Assembly: GCA_944380415.1 (NCBI GenBank)
Contig: CALWHN010000001.1
Location: 1,201-65,200 of the forward strand
DNA length: 64,000 nucleotides
Reading direction: 5' to 3'
DNA from: an uncultured Clostridia bacterium
Lineage (GTDB): Bacteria > Bacillota > Clostridia > Christensenellales > UBA1242
Under the pieces are notes generated by a model. It did no database searches, was not told the DNA's origin, and was given only the letters and a program-made list of their open reading frames with translations. Both the position numbers and the translations under genes were made by a program. Positions 7,677 through 18,629 of this stretch are shown here, piece after piece (position 1 is the stretch's first letter; each line of letters starts with the position of its first letter).

Positions 7677-10070
7677 ATGTTAGAGAGCAAATACAACTTT
7701 TTACAAAGCGAGCCAAAATGGCAAAAATTTTGGCAAGAAGAGGGAATTTACAAGTTTGATAAAAATTCAAACAAAAAGATTTTTTCAATTGACACTCCGC
7801 CACCAACCGTTAGCGGGAAAATTCACATTGGCCACATTTTTTCATACAGCCAAGCGGAGTTTGTTGCAAGATATAAAAGAATGAAAGGGTTCAACGTTTT
7901 CTATCCTTTTGGATTTGACGACAACGGCCTTCCAACCGAACGCCTTGTTGAAAAGGAATTTAAAATTAAGGCCCACGAAGTTTCAAGAGAAGAATTCAGA
8001 GACAAGTGCATGGAAGTTGCAAAGCGCTATGAAGAGGAGTTTAAAAACCTTTTCATCTCCGCAGGAAACAGCGCAGATTTTTCGCTTTGCTATTCAACGG
8101 TTAGTCCGCGCGTTCAAAAAATTTCTCAAAAATCCTTTTTGGATTTGGTTCGCTCTGGCGAAGCATATTACGGCGAAAAGCCTGCAATTTGGTGTCCGGA
8201 GTGTAGAATTTCAATTGCTCAGGCTGAGCTTGAGAGCAAGGACATAGAAAGTTCTTTCAACCACCTTAAATTTAACCTTTCAGACGGAAGCGGATATCTT
8301 GAAATTGCAACAACCAGGCCAGAAATGCTTTGCGCCTGCGTTTGTGTCTTTGTAAACCCAGAAGATGAAAGGTTTAAAAGCTATGTTGGGAAGAAAGTGG
8401 TCGTTCCACTTTACAACTTTGAAGTTGAAATTTTAACAGACGACAAGGCTGCGATAGACAAGGGAACGGGCGTTGTTATGTGCTGCACATATGGCGACGA
8501 AACCGATCTTTATTGGCAAGAAAAACACAACCTTCCAAGAAAAATTGCAATTGACGACGGCGGAAGAATGACAGAGCTTGCAGGCAAATATCAGGGGCTT
8601 AAAATTAAGGCGGCAAGAGAGCAGATTGTTGAGGATTTAAAGGCGGCGGGGCTTTTGATAAAACAAGAGCCAATTGTCCACGCTGTTTCAACCCACGAGC
8701 GCTGTGGAACGCCAATGGAAATAAACGTTAAAAAGCAGTGGTTCATAAAACTTGTTGACCATAAAGAGGAGTTTTTGGAGCGCGGAAAACAAATTTCTTG
8801 GCACCCAGACTTTATGAAGAGCCGCTATTTTAACTGGGTTGAAAATGTTGACAGAGATTGGTGTATAAGCAGGCAAAGATATTTCGGAGTTCCAATTCCC
8901 GTTTGGTATTGCAAAGATTGCGGGGAAATTATTCTTCCAAAAGACGAAGATCTTCCAGTAAATCCGCTGACGGACAGCCCTAAAGGGCCATGCCCAAAGT
9001 GTGGAAGCTTAAACTTTGTTGGAGAGAGCGACATTTTCGACACCTGGCAAACCTCTTCAATCACGCCTCAAATAAACTGCCATTGGAGCGAAGACGACGA
9101 ATTTTATAAAAAACTTATGCCAATGAGCCTTAGGCCTAACGCACACGACATAATTAGAACTTGGGATTTTTACACAATTGCAAAGTCCCACTTCCATTCA
9201 AATTCCTTGCCATGGGAAAACGTCATGATTTCTGGCTTCGTCATGGCAAATAAAGATGAAAAAATTAGCAAGAGCAAATCCAACTCAAAGCTTTCGCCAG
9301 AGGCGCTTTTAAAGGAAAAGGGCGCAGATGTAACGAGGTATTGGGCGTCAACAGGAAGCCTTGGAAGGGACATAATTTTCTCGGAGGAAGAGTTTAAAAA
9401 CGGAGCAAAGTTGGTCAATAAAATTTGGAATGCGTCGCGCTTTGTTCTCTCGCTTTTAGAGGGATATTCTCCAAAGAAAACAAAGCTTTATCCAATGGAT
9501 AGCTATATCATGCAAAAATATAACGAAATGCTTTCTAAATTTGAAGACTATTTCGAAAAATATGAAATTGGCCTTGCAATTGGCGAACTTGAAAAGTTTT
9601 TCTGGAGCTTTTGTGACAATTACATTGAAATTGCAAAGAAAAGGCTTTACAACCCGGATATATATGGCCAAGATGCAACAAATAGCGCGCGCTTTGCATC
9701 ATACAACGTTTTGCTTGGAATGTTAAAACTGTTTGCAATCTATCTTCCACACATAACAGAGGAAATCTATCAAGCATATTTCAGAGAGTTTGAGGGAGAA
9801 AAATCAATTCACCTAACCCAAATTGAAAAACTCGACGTTGAACCAGATCAAAAGATTTTGGACGCTGGCGAAGAGGCGGTTGAAGTTGTTTCAAAAATCC
9901 GCGCATTTAAATCTGAAAACAACTTATCTCTCAAAGAGCCGCTAAATTTAGTTGAAGTTGTTGGTTACAGCGGCGAACTTGAGTTTTTTAAAGAAGATTT
10001 AATGGCCGTTGGTTCAATTGAAAATCTTAAATTTGAAAACGGCGAAAGGGAAGTTAAAATTCAAAGGTAA
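7677..10070 (+). CDS. valS: Valine--tRNA ligase (short form, no long C-terminal coiled coil)
   Basis: Contains the HIGH motif PPPTVSGKIHIGH, the KMSKS-like KISKSKSN, the ValRS editing-domain signature ATTRPEMLCACVCVFVNPEDERF, and DWCISRQRYFGVPIP. The start is at MLESKY, preceded by AGGAAAAG. Confidence 0.85.
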   Translation: MLESKYNFLQSEPKWQKFWQEEGIYKFDKNSNKKIFSIDTPPPTVSGKIHIGHIFSYSQAEFVARYKRMKGFNVFYPFGFDDNGLPTERLVEKEFKIKAHEVSREEFRDKCMEVAKRYEEEFKNLFISAGNSADFSLCYSTVSPRVQKISQKSFLDLVRSGEAYYGEKPAIWCPECRISIAQAELESKDIESSFNHLKFNLSDGSGYLEIATTRPEMLCACVCVFVNPEDERFKSYVGKKVVVPLYNFEVEILTDDKAAIDKGTGVVMCCTYGDETDLYWQEKHNLPRKIAIDDGGRMTELAGKYQGLKIKAAREQIVEDLKAAGLLIKQEPIVHAVSTHERCGTPMEINVKKQWFIKLVDHKEEFLERGKQISWHPDFMKSRYFNWVENVDRDWCISRQRYFGVPIPVWYCKDCGEIILPKDEDLPVNPLTDSPKGPCPKCGSLNFVGESDIFDTWQTSSITPQINCHWSEDDEFYKKLMPMSLRPNAHDIIRTWDFYTIAKSHFHSNSLPWENVMISGFVMANKDEKISKSKSNSKLSPEALLKEKGADVTRYWASTGSLGRDIIFSEEEFKNGAKLVNKIWNASRFVLSLLEGYSPKKTKLYPMDSYIMQKYNEMLSKFEDYFEKYEIGLAIGELEKFFWSFCDNYIEIAKKRLYNPDIYGQDATNSARFASYNVLLGMLKLFAIYLPHITEEIYQAYFREFEGEKSIHLTQIEKLDVEPDQKILDAGEEAVEVVSKIRAFKSENNLSLKEPLNLVEVVGYSGELEFFKEDLMAVGSIENLKFENGEREVKIQR

Positions 10071-10079
10071 GAGGGAAGA

Positions 10080-11327
10080 ATGAAAGATCACATAACGCCA
10101 AACCTGTTAAAGCTTGCACGTCTTTTTAAAAAGAAAGGCGAGCTTTATATTGTTGGCGGATATGTTAGAAATGCGCTTTTGGGCGTTTTTGAAACGGATA
10201 TTGACCTTGCAAGCAGGCTCACCAATGACGAGATCAAGGAAATCTTGTTTGGAACAAAATATGAAGTTAAAGAAACTTCAAGGAAGCTTGGAACGCTTGT
10301 GATTTCGCTTGGCGAGGAAAAGTGGCAGCACACAACTTTTAGAAGGGAAGAATATCCAAACGGCGGCGACCACACTCCAACCAAAGTTGAGTTTATTGAC
10401 GACATAAGAGAAGATGCAAAACGAAGGGATTTCACAGTAAACGCAATTTATTACAACATTTTAAAGGATAAAATTGAGGATTTCTATGACGGGGTTGGAG
10501 ACGTAAAGAAGAAGATCATTAGAACGATTGAAACTCCGGACCATGTCTTTGCGTCGGACGGACTTAGAATTTTAAGAATGGTTAGGCAAGCCTCTGAGCT
10601 TGGCTTTAGAATCAACGGCGAAACAATGCTTGGCGCATATGATATGAGGGAAAATCTTTCGGACATCTCTGGGGCAAGAAAACTTGCCGAACTTGAGCTA
10701 ATTTTAAATTCTCCTAAAAGATATAAAATTAGTAAACCAAACGCCTTTATGTTTGGCCTTCAGGTTTTCAACATGCTAAGGCTTTGGAAATATTATAACA
10801 GCCCAGTTTTAAAGGTTAAGTTTAATCTTGTTGAAAAGGTTGCACCAGAAAACAGATTTGTTGCGCTTTTGATTGATATAATTTCATCTTCAAAATATAA
10901 GAGCGACCATGCAGAACTTGTCAATCAAATTTTGGGGAAATTTGGGCTTGGAATGGCGGAAAATAAAATTGAAAAATATCGAAAAATTGTCTGCGCCTAT
11001 TTTGATGCGCTTGCAAAAGTTGAAAATAAAGAATTTTTTATTAATTATTTTGATGATTTTAAAATAATTTCTGATTTATTAGAAAAAAAATCTAAAAAAA
11101 TATATAGAAAATATAATTTTTTCTACAATTATTTAATAAATAACAAAGTTCCAATTAGGCTAAAAGACCTTAAAATAAACGGTCAGGATATAAAAGAAAA
11201 ATATCCAAAAATTAAAGAAAAATATTATAAGGTTATTTTAACAGAACTTTTAAGCAGGGTTTTTGACGGTGCGCTTAAAAACGAAAGAGATGTCCTTTTG
11301 GAAGAAGTTTCAAAGGTTAAAGTTTAA
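10080..11327 (+). CDS. cca: CCA-adding tRNA nucleotidyltransferase (PolyA_pol family)
   Basis: Contains GGYVRNALLG...DIDLA and RRDFTVNAIYY head-domain motifs. An RBS (GAGGGAAG) lies upstream. The gene starts 9 nt after valS. Confidence 0.75.
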   Translation: MKDHITPNLLKLARLFKKKGELYIVGGYVRNALLGVFETDIDLASRLTNDEIKEILFGTKYEVKETSRKLGTLVISLGEEKWQHTTFRREEYPNGGDHTPTKVEFIDDIREDAKRRDFTVNAIYYNILKDKIEDFYDGVGDVKKKIIRTIETPDHVFASDGLRILRMVRQASELGFRINGETMLGAYDMRENLSDISGARKLAELELILNSPKRYKISKPNAFMFGLQVFNMLRLWKYYNSPVLKVKFNLVEKVAPENRFVALLIDIISSSKYKSDHAELVNQILGKFGLGMAENKIEKYRKIVCAYFDALAKVENKEFFINYFDDFKIISDLLEKKSKKIYRKYNFFYNYLINNKVPIRLKDLKINGQDIKEKYPKIKEKYYKVILTELLSRVFDGALKNERDVLLEEVSKVKV

Positions 11328-11354
11328 AAAAGAGCAATTTTTTGCTCTTTTTTT
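11328..11354 (+). terminator. Rho-independent terminator after cca
   Basis: The hairpin aaaaagagcaa-tttt-ttgctct is followed by TTTTTT. Confidence 0.75.
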
Positions 11355-11383
11355 AATATTTTTTATAAATAAATTCAAAAAAT

Positions 11384-11413
11384 AAAAAAACCTATCAAAA
11401 GAATAGGTTTTTT
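11384..11413 (-). terminator. Rho-independent terminator after gyrA
   Basis: The hairpin cctat-caaaaga-atagg is flanked by an A-run and a T-run, so the minus strand reads stem then T-run. It lies 8 nt beyond the gyrA stop. Confidence 0.65.
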
Positions 11414-11420
11414 AGCTATT

Positions 11421-13970
11421 TTATTCTTCTGGTTTTAATTCCTCAGTTGCATATTCAATTTCTTCGTCAGAGAGAGAAACATCTTGAACGTCTGTTGTTG
11501 CAAGAGGAGTTGTTTCGTTCTCTTCATGAATTGTTGTTGCAACGCTAACGATCTTACTTCCTGGGCGAAGGCGCATAACTTTGACACCAAGCGAGCTTCT
11601 TCCAACCATTCTGATGTCTGAGGCCGCCATTCTGATTATAACTCCGTTGTCAGAGATAAGCATCAAATCTTCATCTTCATTGATCATTTTTAATGCAACA
11701 AGTTTTCCTGTTTTTTCGTTGAAATTTCCGGCCTTAATTCCCTTTCCGCCACGAGTTTGAAGGCGATAGTCCTCGCTAACTGTTCTCTTTCCAAACCCGT
11801 TTTCTGTTATTGTTATAAACTGGGAGTTTTCATTTATTATTGCCATGTCAACAACAAAGTCGTCTTCGTCAAGCTTCATGCTTCTAACGCCTTGGCTTGT
11901 TCTTCCCATTGGCCTTACGTTTTTCTCGCTGAAGCGAATACATTTTCCTTTGCTTGATGCGATTAAAATTTCGTTTTCTCCATTTGTTAAGCCAACCCCA
12001 ATCAATTTGTCGCCGTCAACAAGTTTAATTGCAATCTTTCCGCTCTTCATGATGTTTGCAAACTCTTTTAAATTTGTCTTTTTAATCAGCCCGTTTCGAG
12101 TTGCAATTATCAAATTCCCTTCTTGTCCCTTTTCAAAGGAAATCATTGCCTCAACTTTTTCCTCTGGCATAAGTTGGAGAAGGTTGATTATAGCGCGGCC
12201 CTTTGCTTGACGCTGGGCTTCTGGAACTTCATAAGCCCTAATTGAATAAACTTTTCCAAAATTTGTGAAGAAAAGAAGGTCGCTGTGGGTACTCGTTATA
12301 ACAATTCTTTCAACAAAGTCCTCGTCTTTTGTCTTGTGGGCGGAAATTCCAACGCCGCCTCTTCTTTGAGCGTGATATTCGCTAACACTCATTCTCTTAA
12401 TATAGCCGCCATGGGTTAGAGAAATTACAACATCTTCTTTTTCAATTAAATCTTCGTTGTCAATTGTTCCAATTTCCATGCTAATTTCTGTTTTTCTTGG
12501 CGTTCCAAACTGATTCTTAACATTTTCAAGTTCATCATAGATTATTTGAAGAACGCGCTCTGGACGAGCCAAAATGTCGTTTAAATCTGCAATTAGCGCT
12601 TCAAGTTCTGCAAGTTCTTCCTTAAGTTTTTGAACTTCAAGGCTTGTCAAGCGGGAGAGTTTCATCTCCAAAATTGCGTTTGCCTGCTTTTCAGATAGTT
12701 CGAATGAGGCCATAAGCTTTGAAACAGCGTCTTGTTTGTCGTCTGATGTTTTAATGATGTTGACAACTTCGTCTATATTTGCAAGGGCAATTACAAGGCC
12801 TTTAACAATGTGTTCTCTTTCAAGAGCCTTTCCAAGGTCAAACTGGGTTTTTCTAAGCAAAACTTCCTTTTGGTGTTCCAAATAATAATACAAAATTTCT
12901 TTTAGGTTTAAAATTTTTGGAGCGCCGTCAACGAGGGCAAGGAAGATTATTCCGCCGCTGGACTGAAGTTGGGTGTGTTTGTAGAGCATGTTTAAAACAA
13001 CTTGTGCATTTGCGTCTCTTTTAACGTCGACAACAATTCTCATTCCGTCTCTGTCTGACTCTTCTTTGATGTCTGCAATTCCTTCAATTCTCTTGTTTTT
13101 AACAAGGTCTGCCATTTGAACTATTAGCCTTGCCTTGTTAACTTGATAGGGCAGTTCGGTTATAACAATTCTGTGGCGCCCGTTTTCTGTTTCCTCAATT
13201 TCTGCGCGGCCACGAACAACAATTCCTCCACGTCCTGTTTTATATGCGTGTTTAACAGCGGCACGGCCCATAATTATTCCGCCAGTTGGATAATCTGGCG
13301 CGGGAATTAATTTAATTAGGTCGTCAATTTCAATATCTGGGTTTTTAATTAGAGCCTGAACGCCGGAAATAACCTCAACAAGGTTGTGTGGAGGAATGTT
13401 TGTTGCCATTCCAACCGCAATTCCGTCCGCGCCGTTAACCAAAAGGTTTGGAAACTTTGCTGGAAGAACAGAAGGTTGCATCAAGGTGTCATCAAAATTT
13501 GGATAGAAGTCAACGGTGTTTTTGTCAATATCCTCAAGCATAAGCCCGGCAATTTTTGAAAGACGGGCTTCTGTGTATCTCATAGCTGCCGGGCTGTCGC
13601 CGTCAACCGAGCCAAAGTTTCCGTGGCCGTCTACAAGAGGGCAGCCAATTGAAAAGTCTTGGGCCAAACGAACGAGGGCATCGTAAACAGAGCTGTCGCC
13701 ATGAGGGTGATATTTACCCATAACTTCACCAACAATTCTTGCAGATTTACGATATGGCTTGTCGTTGAACAGGTTTAGTTCGCCCATTGAATATAAAATT
13801 CTTCTGTGGACGGGCTTTAAGCCATCTCGAACATCTGGAATTGCACGCGAAACGTTAACCGCCATTGCGTAGGAGATGAAGGATTTTTTAAGTTCGTCGT
13901 TGACTTCAACCTTAACAACTTTTGTGTCCTTAAAAATTTCTTCTAATGACTTTTTCTTATCATCTTTCAT
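11421..13970 (-). CDS. gyrA: DNA gyrase subunit A
   Basis: 849-aa ORF. Contains [26 protein letters not shown] and the QRDR region [21 protein letters not shown], plus C-terminal beta-pinwheel repeats. GAGGTGG lies upstream. Confidence 0.95.
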   Translation of the reverse strand: MKDDKKKSLEEIFKDTKVVKVEVNDELKKSFISYAMAVNVSRAIPDVRDGLKPVHRRILYSMGELNLFNDKPYRKSARIVGEVMGKYHPHGDSSVYDALVRLAQDFSIGCPLVDGHGNFGSVDGDSPAAMRYTEARLSKIAGLMLEDIDKNTVDFYPNFDDTLMQPSVLPAKFPNLLVNGADGIAVGMATNIPPHNLVEVISGVQALIKNPDIEIDDLIKLIPAPDYPTGGIIMGRAAVKHAYKTGRGGIVVRGRAEIEETENGRHRIVITELPYQVNKARLIVQMADLVKNKRIEGIADIKEESDRDGMRIVVDVKRDANAQVVLNMLYKHTQLQSSGGIIFLALVDGAPKILNLKEILYYYLEHQKEVLLRKTQFDLGKALEREHIVKGLVIALANIDEVVNIIKTSDDKQDAVSKLMASFELSEKQANAILEMKLSRLTSLEVQKLKEELAELEALIADLNDILARPERVLQIIYDELENVKNQFGTPRKTEISMEIGTIDNEDLIEKEDVVISLTHGGYIKRMSVSEYHAQRRGGVGISAHKTKDEDFVERIVITSTHSDLLFFTNFGKVYSIRAYEVPEAQRQAKGRAIINLLQLMPEEKVEAMISFEKGQEGNLIIATRNGLIKKTNLKEFANIMKSGKIAIKLVDGDKLIGVGLTNGENEILIASSKGKCIRFSEKNVRPMGRTSQGVRSMKLDEDDFVVDMAIINENSQFITITENGFGKRTVSEDYRLQTRGGKGIKAGNFNEKTGKLVALKMINEDEDLMLISDNGVIIRMAASDIRMVGRSSLGVKVMRLRPGSKIVSVATTIHEENETTPLATTDVQDVSLSDEEIEYATEELKPEE

Positions 13971-13971
13971 T

Positions 13972-14286
13972 TTATTCCACCTCTTTAAGAAGATTTAAAG
14001 TTCTTCTAATCTTTTCACTTCGAATTTTTTCAATTTCCTCTGTTCCATAGAAAATTTCAAGTTGTTCGGCCATATTTAAAACATCTGCAATTTCTTCCTT
14101 TATGTGGCCAATGTTATCTTCAATTTTTTCATTTGGAACATTTTCAAATTTGTCTCTGTTAAATCTAATTTTTTTGCAAAGTTCTTTAATTAGCTCGCTC
14201 ATTTCTTCAATTGCCATTCTTTCTTGGGCTTCTTGCCCCCACTCTTTTAAAAAAATTTCATAAGCAGCTTTAAATTCCTCTTTCAT
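13972..14286 (-). CDS. Small MazG-like nucleotide pyrophosphohydrolase-family protein
   Basis: I place the start at MKEEFKAAYE because GGGAGGA lies 3 nt upstream. The protein is 104 aa, all-helical, with AIEEMSELIKEL and IKEEIADVLNMAEQL (an EExxE...E/D pattern). It overlaps the GNAT stop by 17 nt, and its stop abuts the gyrA ATG. Confidence 0.5.
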   Translation of the reverse strand: MKEEFKAAYEIFLKEWGQEAQERMAIEEMSELIKELCKKIRFNRDKFENVPNEKIEDNIGHIKEEIADVLNMAEQLEIFYGTEEIEKIRSEKIRRTLNLLKEVE

Positions 14287-14830
14287 AATCCTCCCTGATG
14301 ATGGAGCGGTAGGCCATGTCCACATAGTTTCCATCTTTGAATTTGACCGAGTGTCTGAATGTTCCCTCATAATCCATTCCAATTTTTTCCATAACTTTTC
14401 CGCTTCCAATGTTTTCCTTTATGTGTCTGGCTTGAATTCTTTCAATTGGCGTGTTTTCAAAAACAAACTTGATAAGCGCCTTCCCAGCTTCAGAAGCAAT
14501 TCCTTTCCCCCAAAAGTTTTCGCCGATGCAAAAACCAAGATCACAGTTGTTGTCGACAAGGTTAACTCTGGATATGCTTATGCTTCCAACAACTTGGCCA
14601 ATCTCTTTGAAAACAATTGCAAGATCAAGGCGATTGCTTTCCTTGTCGTTGTAAGAATTTAAAACCGTTTGCAGATATTCTTTTGTTGCCTCAATGTTTC
14701 CGTGAGGAGACCAGGGCATGAACTGGCAAACACTCTCACTGTTGCAATAGTTTTTAAACATGTCCGCTGCATCAGAAGGTAAAAACTTTCTCAAAATCAA
14801 TCTTTCGGTTTCTATCTGATTAAAGTTCAT
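14270..14830 (-). CDS. GNAT family N-acetyltransferase (RimJ/RimL-like)
   Basis: 186-aa ORF. Contains ETERLILRKFLPSDAADMF and GFCIGENFWGKGIASEA (the acetyl-CoA-binding Q/RxxGxG/A region). AAGGAGA lies upstream. The gene starts 8 nt after the gyrB stop. Confidence 0.75.
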   Translation of the reverse strand: MNFNQIETERLILRKFLPSDAADMFKNYCNSESVCQFMPWSPHGNIEATKEYLQTVLNSYNDKESNRLDLAIVFKEIGQVVGSISISRVNLVDNNCDLGFCIGENFWGKGIASEAGKALIKFVFENTPIERIQARHIKENIGSGKVMEKIGMDYEGTFRHSVKFKDGNYVDMAYRSIIREDYERGI

Positions 14831-14838
14831 ATTTCTCC

Positions 14839-16767
<1,929 letters not shown>

Positions 16768-16794
16768 TCACATAAAGTAATAGTATTATACCAT

Positions 16795-16823
16795 ACTATA
16801 AATATTAAAGCAACTAAAAACAA
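16795..16823 (-). promoter_or_regulatory. SigA-type promoter upstream of gyrB
   Basis: The minus strand reads TTGCTT, a 17-nt spacer, then TGgTATAAT (extended -10). It lies about 35 nt upstream of the gyrB ATG. Confidence 0.6.
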
Positions 16824-16951
16824 CTAATTTCATAGTAAAAACAATGGCGCCCAAATTTGCCCGGGAAATGGCCCTATTTTAGCGCAGATTTAAAAGATGG
16901 GGCAATTAGCGGAAACGTGCAAGTTTGCCTTTTAGAGGGCAAAATGTCAAC

Positions 16952-16973
16952 AAAAAAAGCCGCGGTGCGGCTT
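16952..16973 (-). terminator. Rho-independent terminator overlapping the stop of the 176-aa ORF
   Basis: A 7-bp GC-rich stem (aagccgc / gcggctt) with a 3-nt loop is followed on the minus strand by a T-run. Confidence 0.6.
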
Positions 16974-17502
16974 AAAGTTCTTGGTTTGGGCTGTCTTGCT
17001 GGACATTTTTTTCAGGGTGGGTTGGCTGGTCGCCTATGTCAAACGAGAATTCTTCAATTGGTTTTTTGCCCCTTAGAGAGGCGTTTTTTGCTTGTATGCT
17101 TTTAAGTTCATCTTCAAGAGCCATAACTCTTTCCAACGAATCACTGTAGTCTTTTAAAAGCTTTTCAAATTTTGGATCGTTTTGAAGAAGGTCTGCCTCA
17201 TCTTTAAGGTCATTTCTGAAAGAAAATGCAGAAATTTTTGCCGCGCAAAAACAGAAAATTGAAAGGCCAAGGAAAATGACGCCAACAGGGCCAACAGGCC
17301 AAAAGGCAAAGGCAAGAAGGAAAAAAGGAATCATCATATATCTCATGAGTGTTTCACAACCTTCCAAATATTTTCCAGCAGTGCCCATAACAGCTTGGGG
17401 AGATGTTAACTTTTCGTGTTCGATTCTTCGCTCTAATTCTGCTTTTCTAATTCTTTCAGCTCTGAGCTGCTCTTCAGTTTTTTCTGTCTCTTGATCTGGC
17501 AT
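16972..17502 (-). CDS. Hypothetical membrane protein (two predicted TM helices flanked by charged, helical segments)
   Basis: 176-aa ORF. GGAGGG lies 5 nt upstream of the ATG. A hydrophobic core (MMIPFFLLAFAFWPVGPVGVIFLGLSIFCFCAA) is flanked by E/K/R-rich segments. I recognise no family. Confidence 0.55.
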   Translation of the reverse strand: MPDQETEKTEEQLRAERIRKAELERRIEHEKLTSPQAVMGTAGKYLEGCETLMRYMMIPFFLLAFAFWPVGPVGVIFLGLSIFCFCAAKISAFSFRNDLKDEADLLQNDPKFEKLLKDYSDSLERVMALEDELKSIQAKNASLRGKKPIEEFSFDIGDQPTHPEKNVQQDSPNQEL

Positions 17503-17525
17503 TTTATCCCTCCTCTGTTAGTATG

Positions 17526-17554
17526 ATAATACTACATTTTAAGTTAAATGTCAA
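17526..17554 (-). promoter_or_regulatory. SigA-type promoter for the 176-aa membrane-protein gene
   Basis: The minus strand reads TTGACA, a 17-nt spacer, then TATTAT. GGAGGG and the ATG follow. Confidence 0.6.
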
Positions 17555-17630
17555 CACCAATTTTAAATCCAAAAAAAGGTTAAAAAAATTTAAAAAAAAT
17601 AGAAAAAAAATTAGAAAAATAATTTATTTT

Positions 17631-18341
17631 TTAATTTTTATCGAATAAATTATATCTTTCTGAGGAAATAATTGCATTTAGCGTTTTTTCCTTGAATTTA
17701 GGGAATTTTTCCTCTGTTTCTTGCAAAAAAAGTTTAATTTCTTCCCTTTTTGTTTTGTGATTTGCGGGGCAAATATTTTTAATTATTGGTAGATTTTTTG
17801 AGGAATTTATTATAGATTTTTCGCTTGTAAAAATTAGCGGCCTAATTGCCGTTATATCAACGTTTGAAAGGTATGTTTTTGGCTTGAAAGTGCTTAGGCG
17901 GCCCTCATATATCAGCGAGAGAAAAAATGTTTCAATTAGGTCGTCACAGTGGTGGGCCAGGGCAACCTTGTTACACCCAAGTTTTTTCGCCTCCCCGTTC
18001 AAGGCCCCTCGGCGCATTTTTGCGCATAAACTGCAAGGATTTTTCTCTTTTCTAATATTGAAAACAACATCAAAAATTTGGGAAGGAACAATTGTTAATT
18101 CAACCCCAATTTTCTTGCAAAAATCAAGAAGAGGCTGGAGGTTCGTTTGGCCGTTTGTTTGGTCAATTGTTATAGCAATTAGCTGGAATTTTTCCTTTGA
18201 ATGTTTTTGGTATTCGCTCAAGGCATAAAGCAAAACAAGGCTGTCTTTTCCTCCGCTTAAACCAACTGCAATTTTGTCGCCATCTTCAATTAATGAATAT
18301 TTTTTACAAGCGCGAGAAATTTCTCCAATTATTTTTTTCAT
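17631..18341 (-). CDS. ttcA: TtcA-family tRNA thiolation PP-loop ATPase
   Basis: Contains the PP-loop VGLSGGKDS and PCSLCAKMRRGAL, which matches the TtcA CSLCSRLRRG motif. I place the start at MKKIIGEI because AAGGAAA lies 6 nt upstream. Confidence 0.7.
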   Translation of the reverse strand: MKKIIGEISRACKKYSLIEDGDKIAVGLSGGKDSLVLLYALSEYQKHSKEKFQLIAITIDQTNGQTNLQPLLDFCKKIGVELTIVPSQIFDVVFNIRKEKNPCSLCAKMRRGALNGEAKKLGCNKVALAHHCDDLIETFFLSLIYEGRLSTFKPKTYLSNVDITAIRPLIFTSEKSIINSSKNLPIIKNICPANHKTKREEIKLFLQETEEKFPKFKEKTLNAIISSERYNLFDKN

Positions 18342-18364
18342 TTTTAATTTCCTTTTATTTTCAA

Positions 18365-18393
18365 ATTTTAACAAAAAACATTATTTTATGCAA
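18365..18393 (-). promoter_or_regulatory. SigA-type promoter for ttcA
   Basis: The minus strand reads TTGCAT, a 17-nt spacer, then TGtTAAAAT. Confidence 0.55.
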
Positions 18394-18464
18394 ATTTAAA
18401 TTTCTAAAAAAGTTTAAAATTCGAAATTTAACTTAAAAAAATTGTTTTTTAATGCGAAAATGTT

Positions 18465-18492
18465 TTGATTTCGACATGAAAAGTATTATATT
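18465..18492 (+). promoter_or_regulatory. Candidate promoter for the giant-lipoprotein operon
   Basis: TTGATT, a 16-nt spacer, then TATATT. Alternative registers exist in this AT-rich stretch (TCGACA-17-TATATA). It lies about 60 nt upstream of the start at 18558. Confidence 0.35.
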
Positions 18493-18557
18493 ATATATAA
18501 ATCTTGGCTAGTACTAAATAAATTTGGACTTTTTTGGAATATTAATTGGGAGGAAAC

Positions 18558-18629
18558 ATGAAAAAATTTTTGGGGATTGTAAGCTGTTTGGTTTTAATCT
18601 TGGTTGCAGGTGTTACTTTTGCTGCCTGC
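18558..18629 (+). other. Lipoprotein signal peptide of giant protein 1
   Basis: MKK, a hydrophobic core, then TFAA|C. The Cys codon is at 18627-18629. Confidence 0.65.

Noticed and set aside
13972-14830. The GNAT plus adjacent small overlapping ORF, considered as a GNAT-type toxin-antitoxin pair.
   Set aside because: The GNAT has the RimJ/RimL-type N-terminus rather than a TacT/AtaT-like one. The small partner looks MazG-like rather than an RHH or DUF1778 antitoxin, and it lies downstream rather than upstream.
16824-16951. A GC-richer ~130-nt non-coding patch between the membrane-protein terminator and the gyrB promoter, and ORF 16857..17105 (+).
   Set aside because: The plus-strand ORF has no RBS and overlaps the convergent gene. 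I could not recognise any known ncRNA motif (SRP, 6S or riboswitch) or a convincing promoter-terminator pair. It remains unexplained and is not called.
18342-18557. A divergent, very AT-rich 216-nt intergenic region at a minus-to-plus gene-orientation switch near gyrBA, considered as a possible oriC.
   Set aside because: There is no dnaA or dnaN nearby, and I could find no cluster of TTATCCACA-like DnaA boxes (the best match has 3 mismatches). Two divergent promoters explain most of the region. valS-cca already break the orientation pattern.
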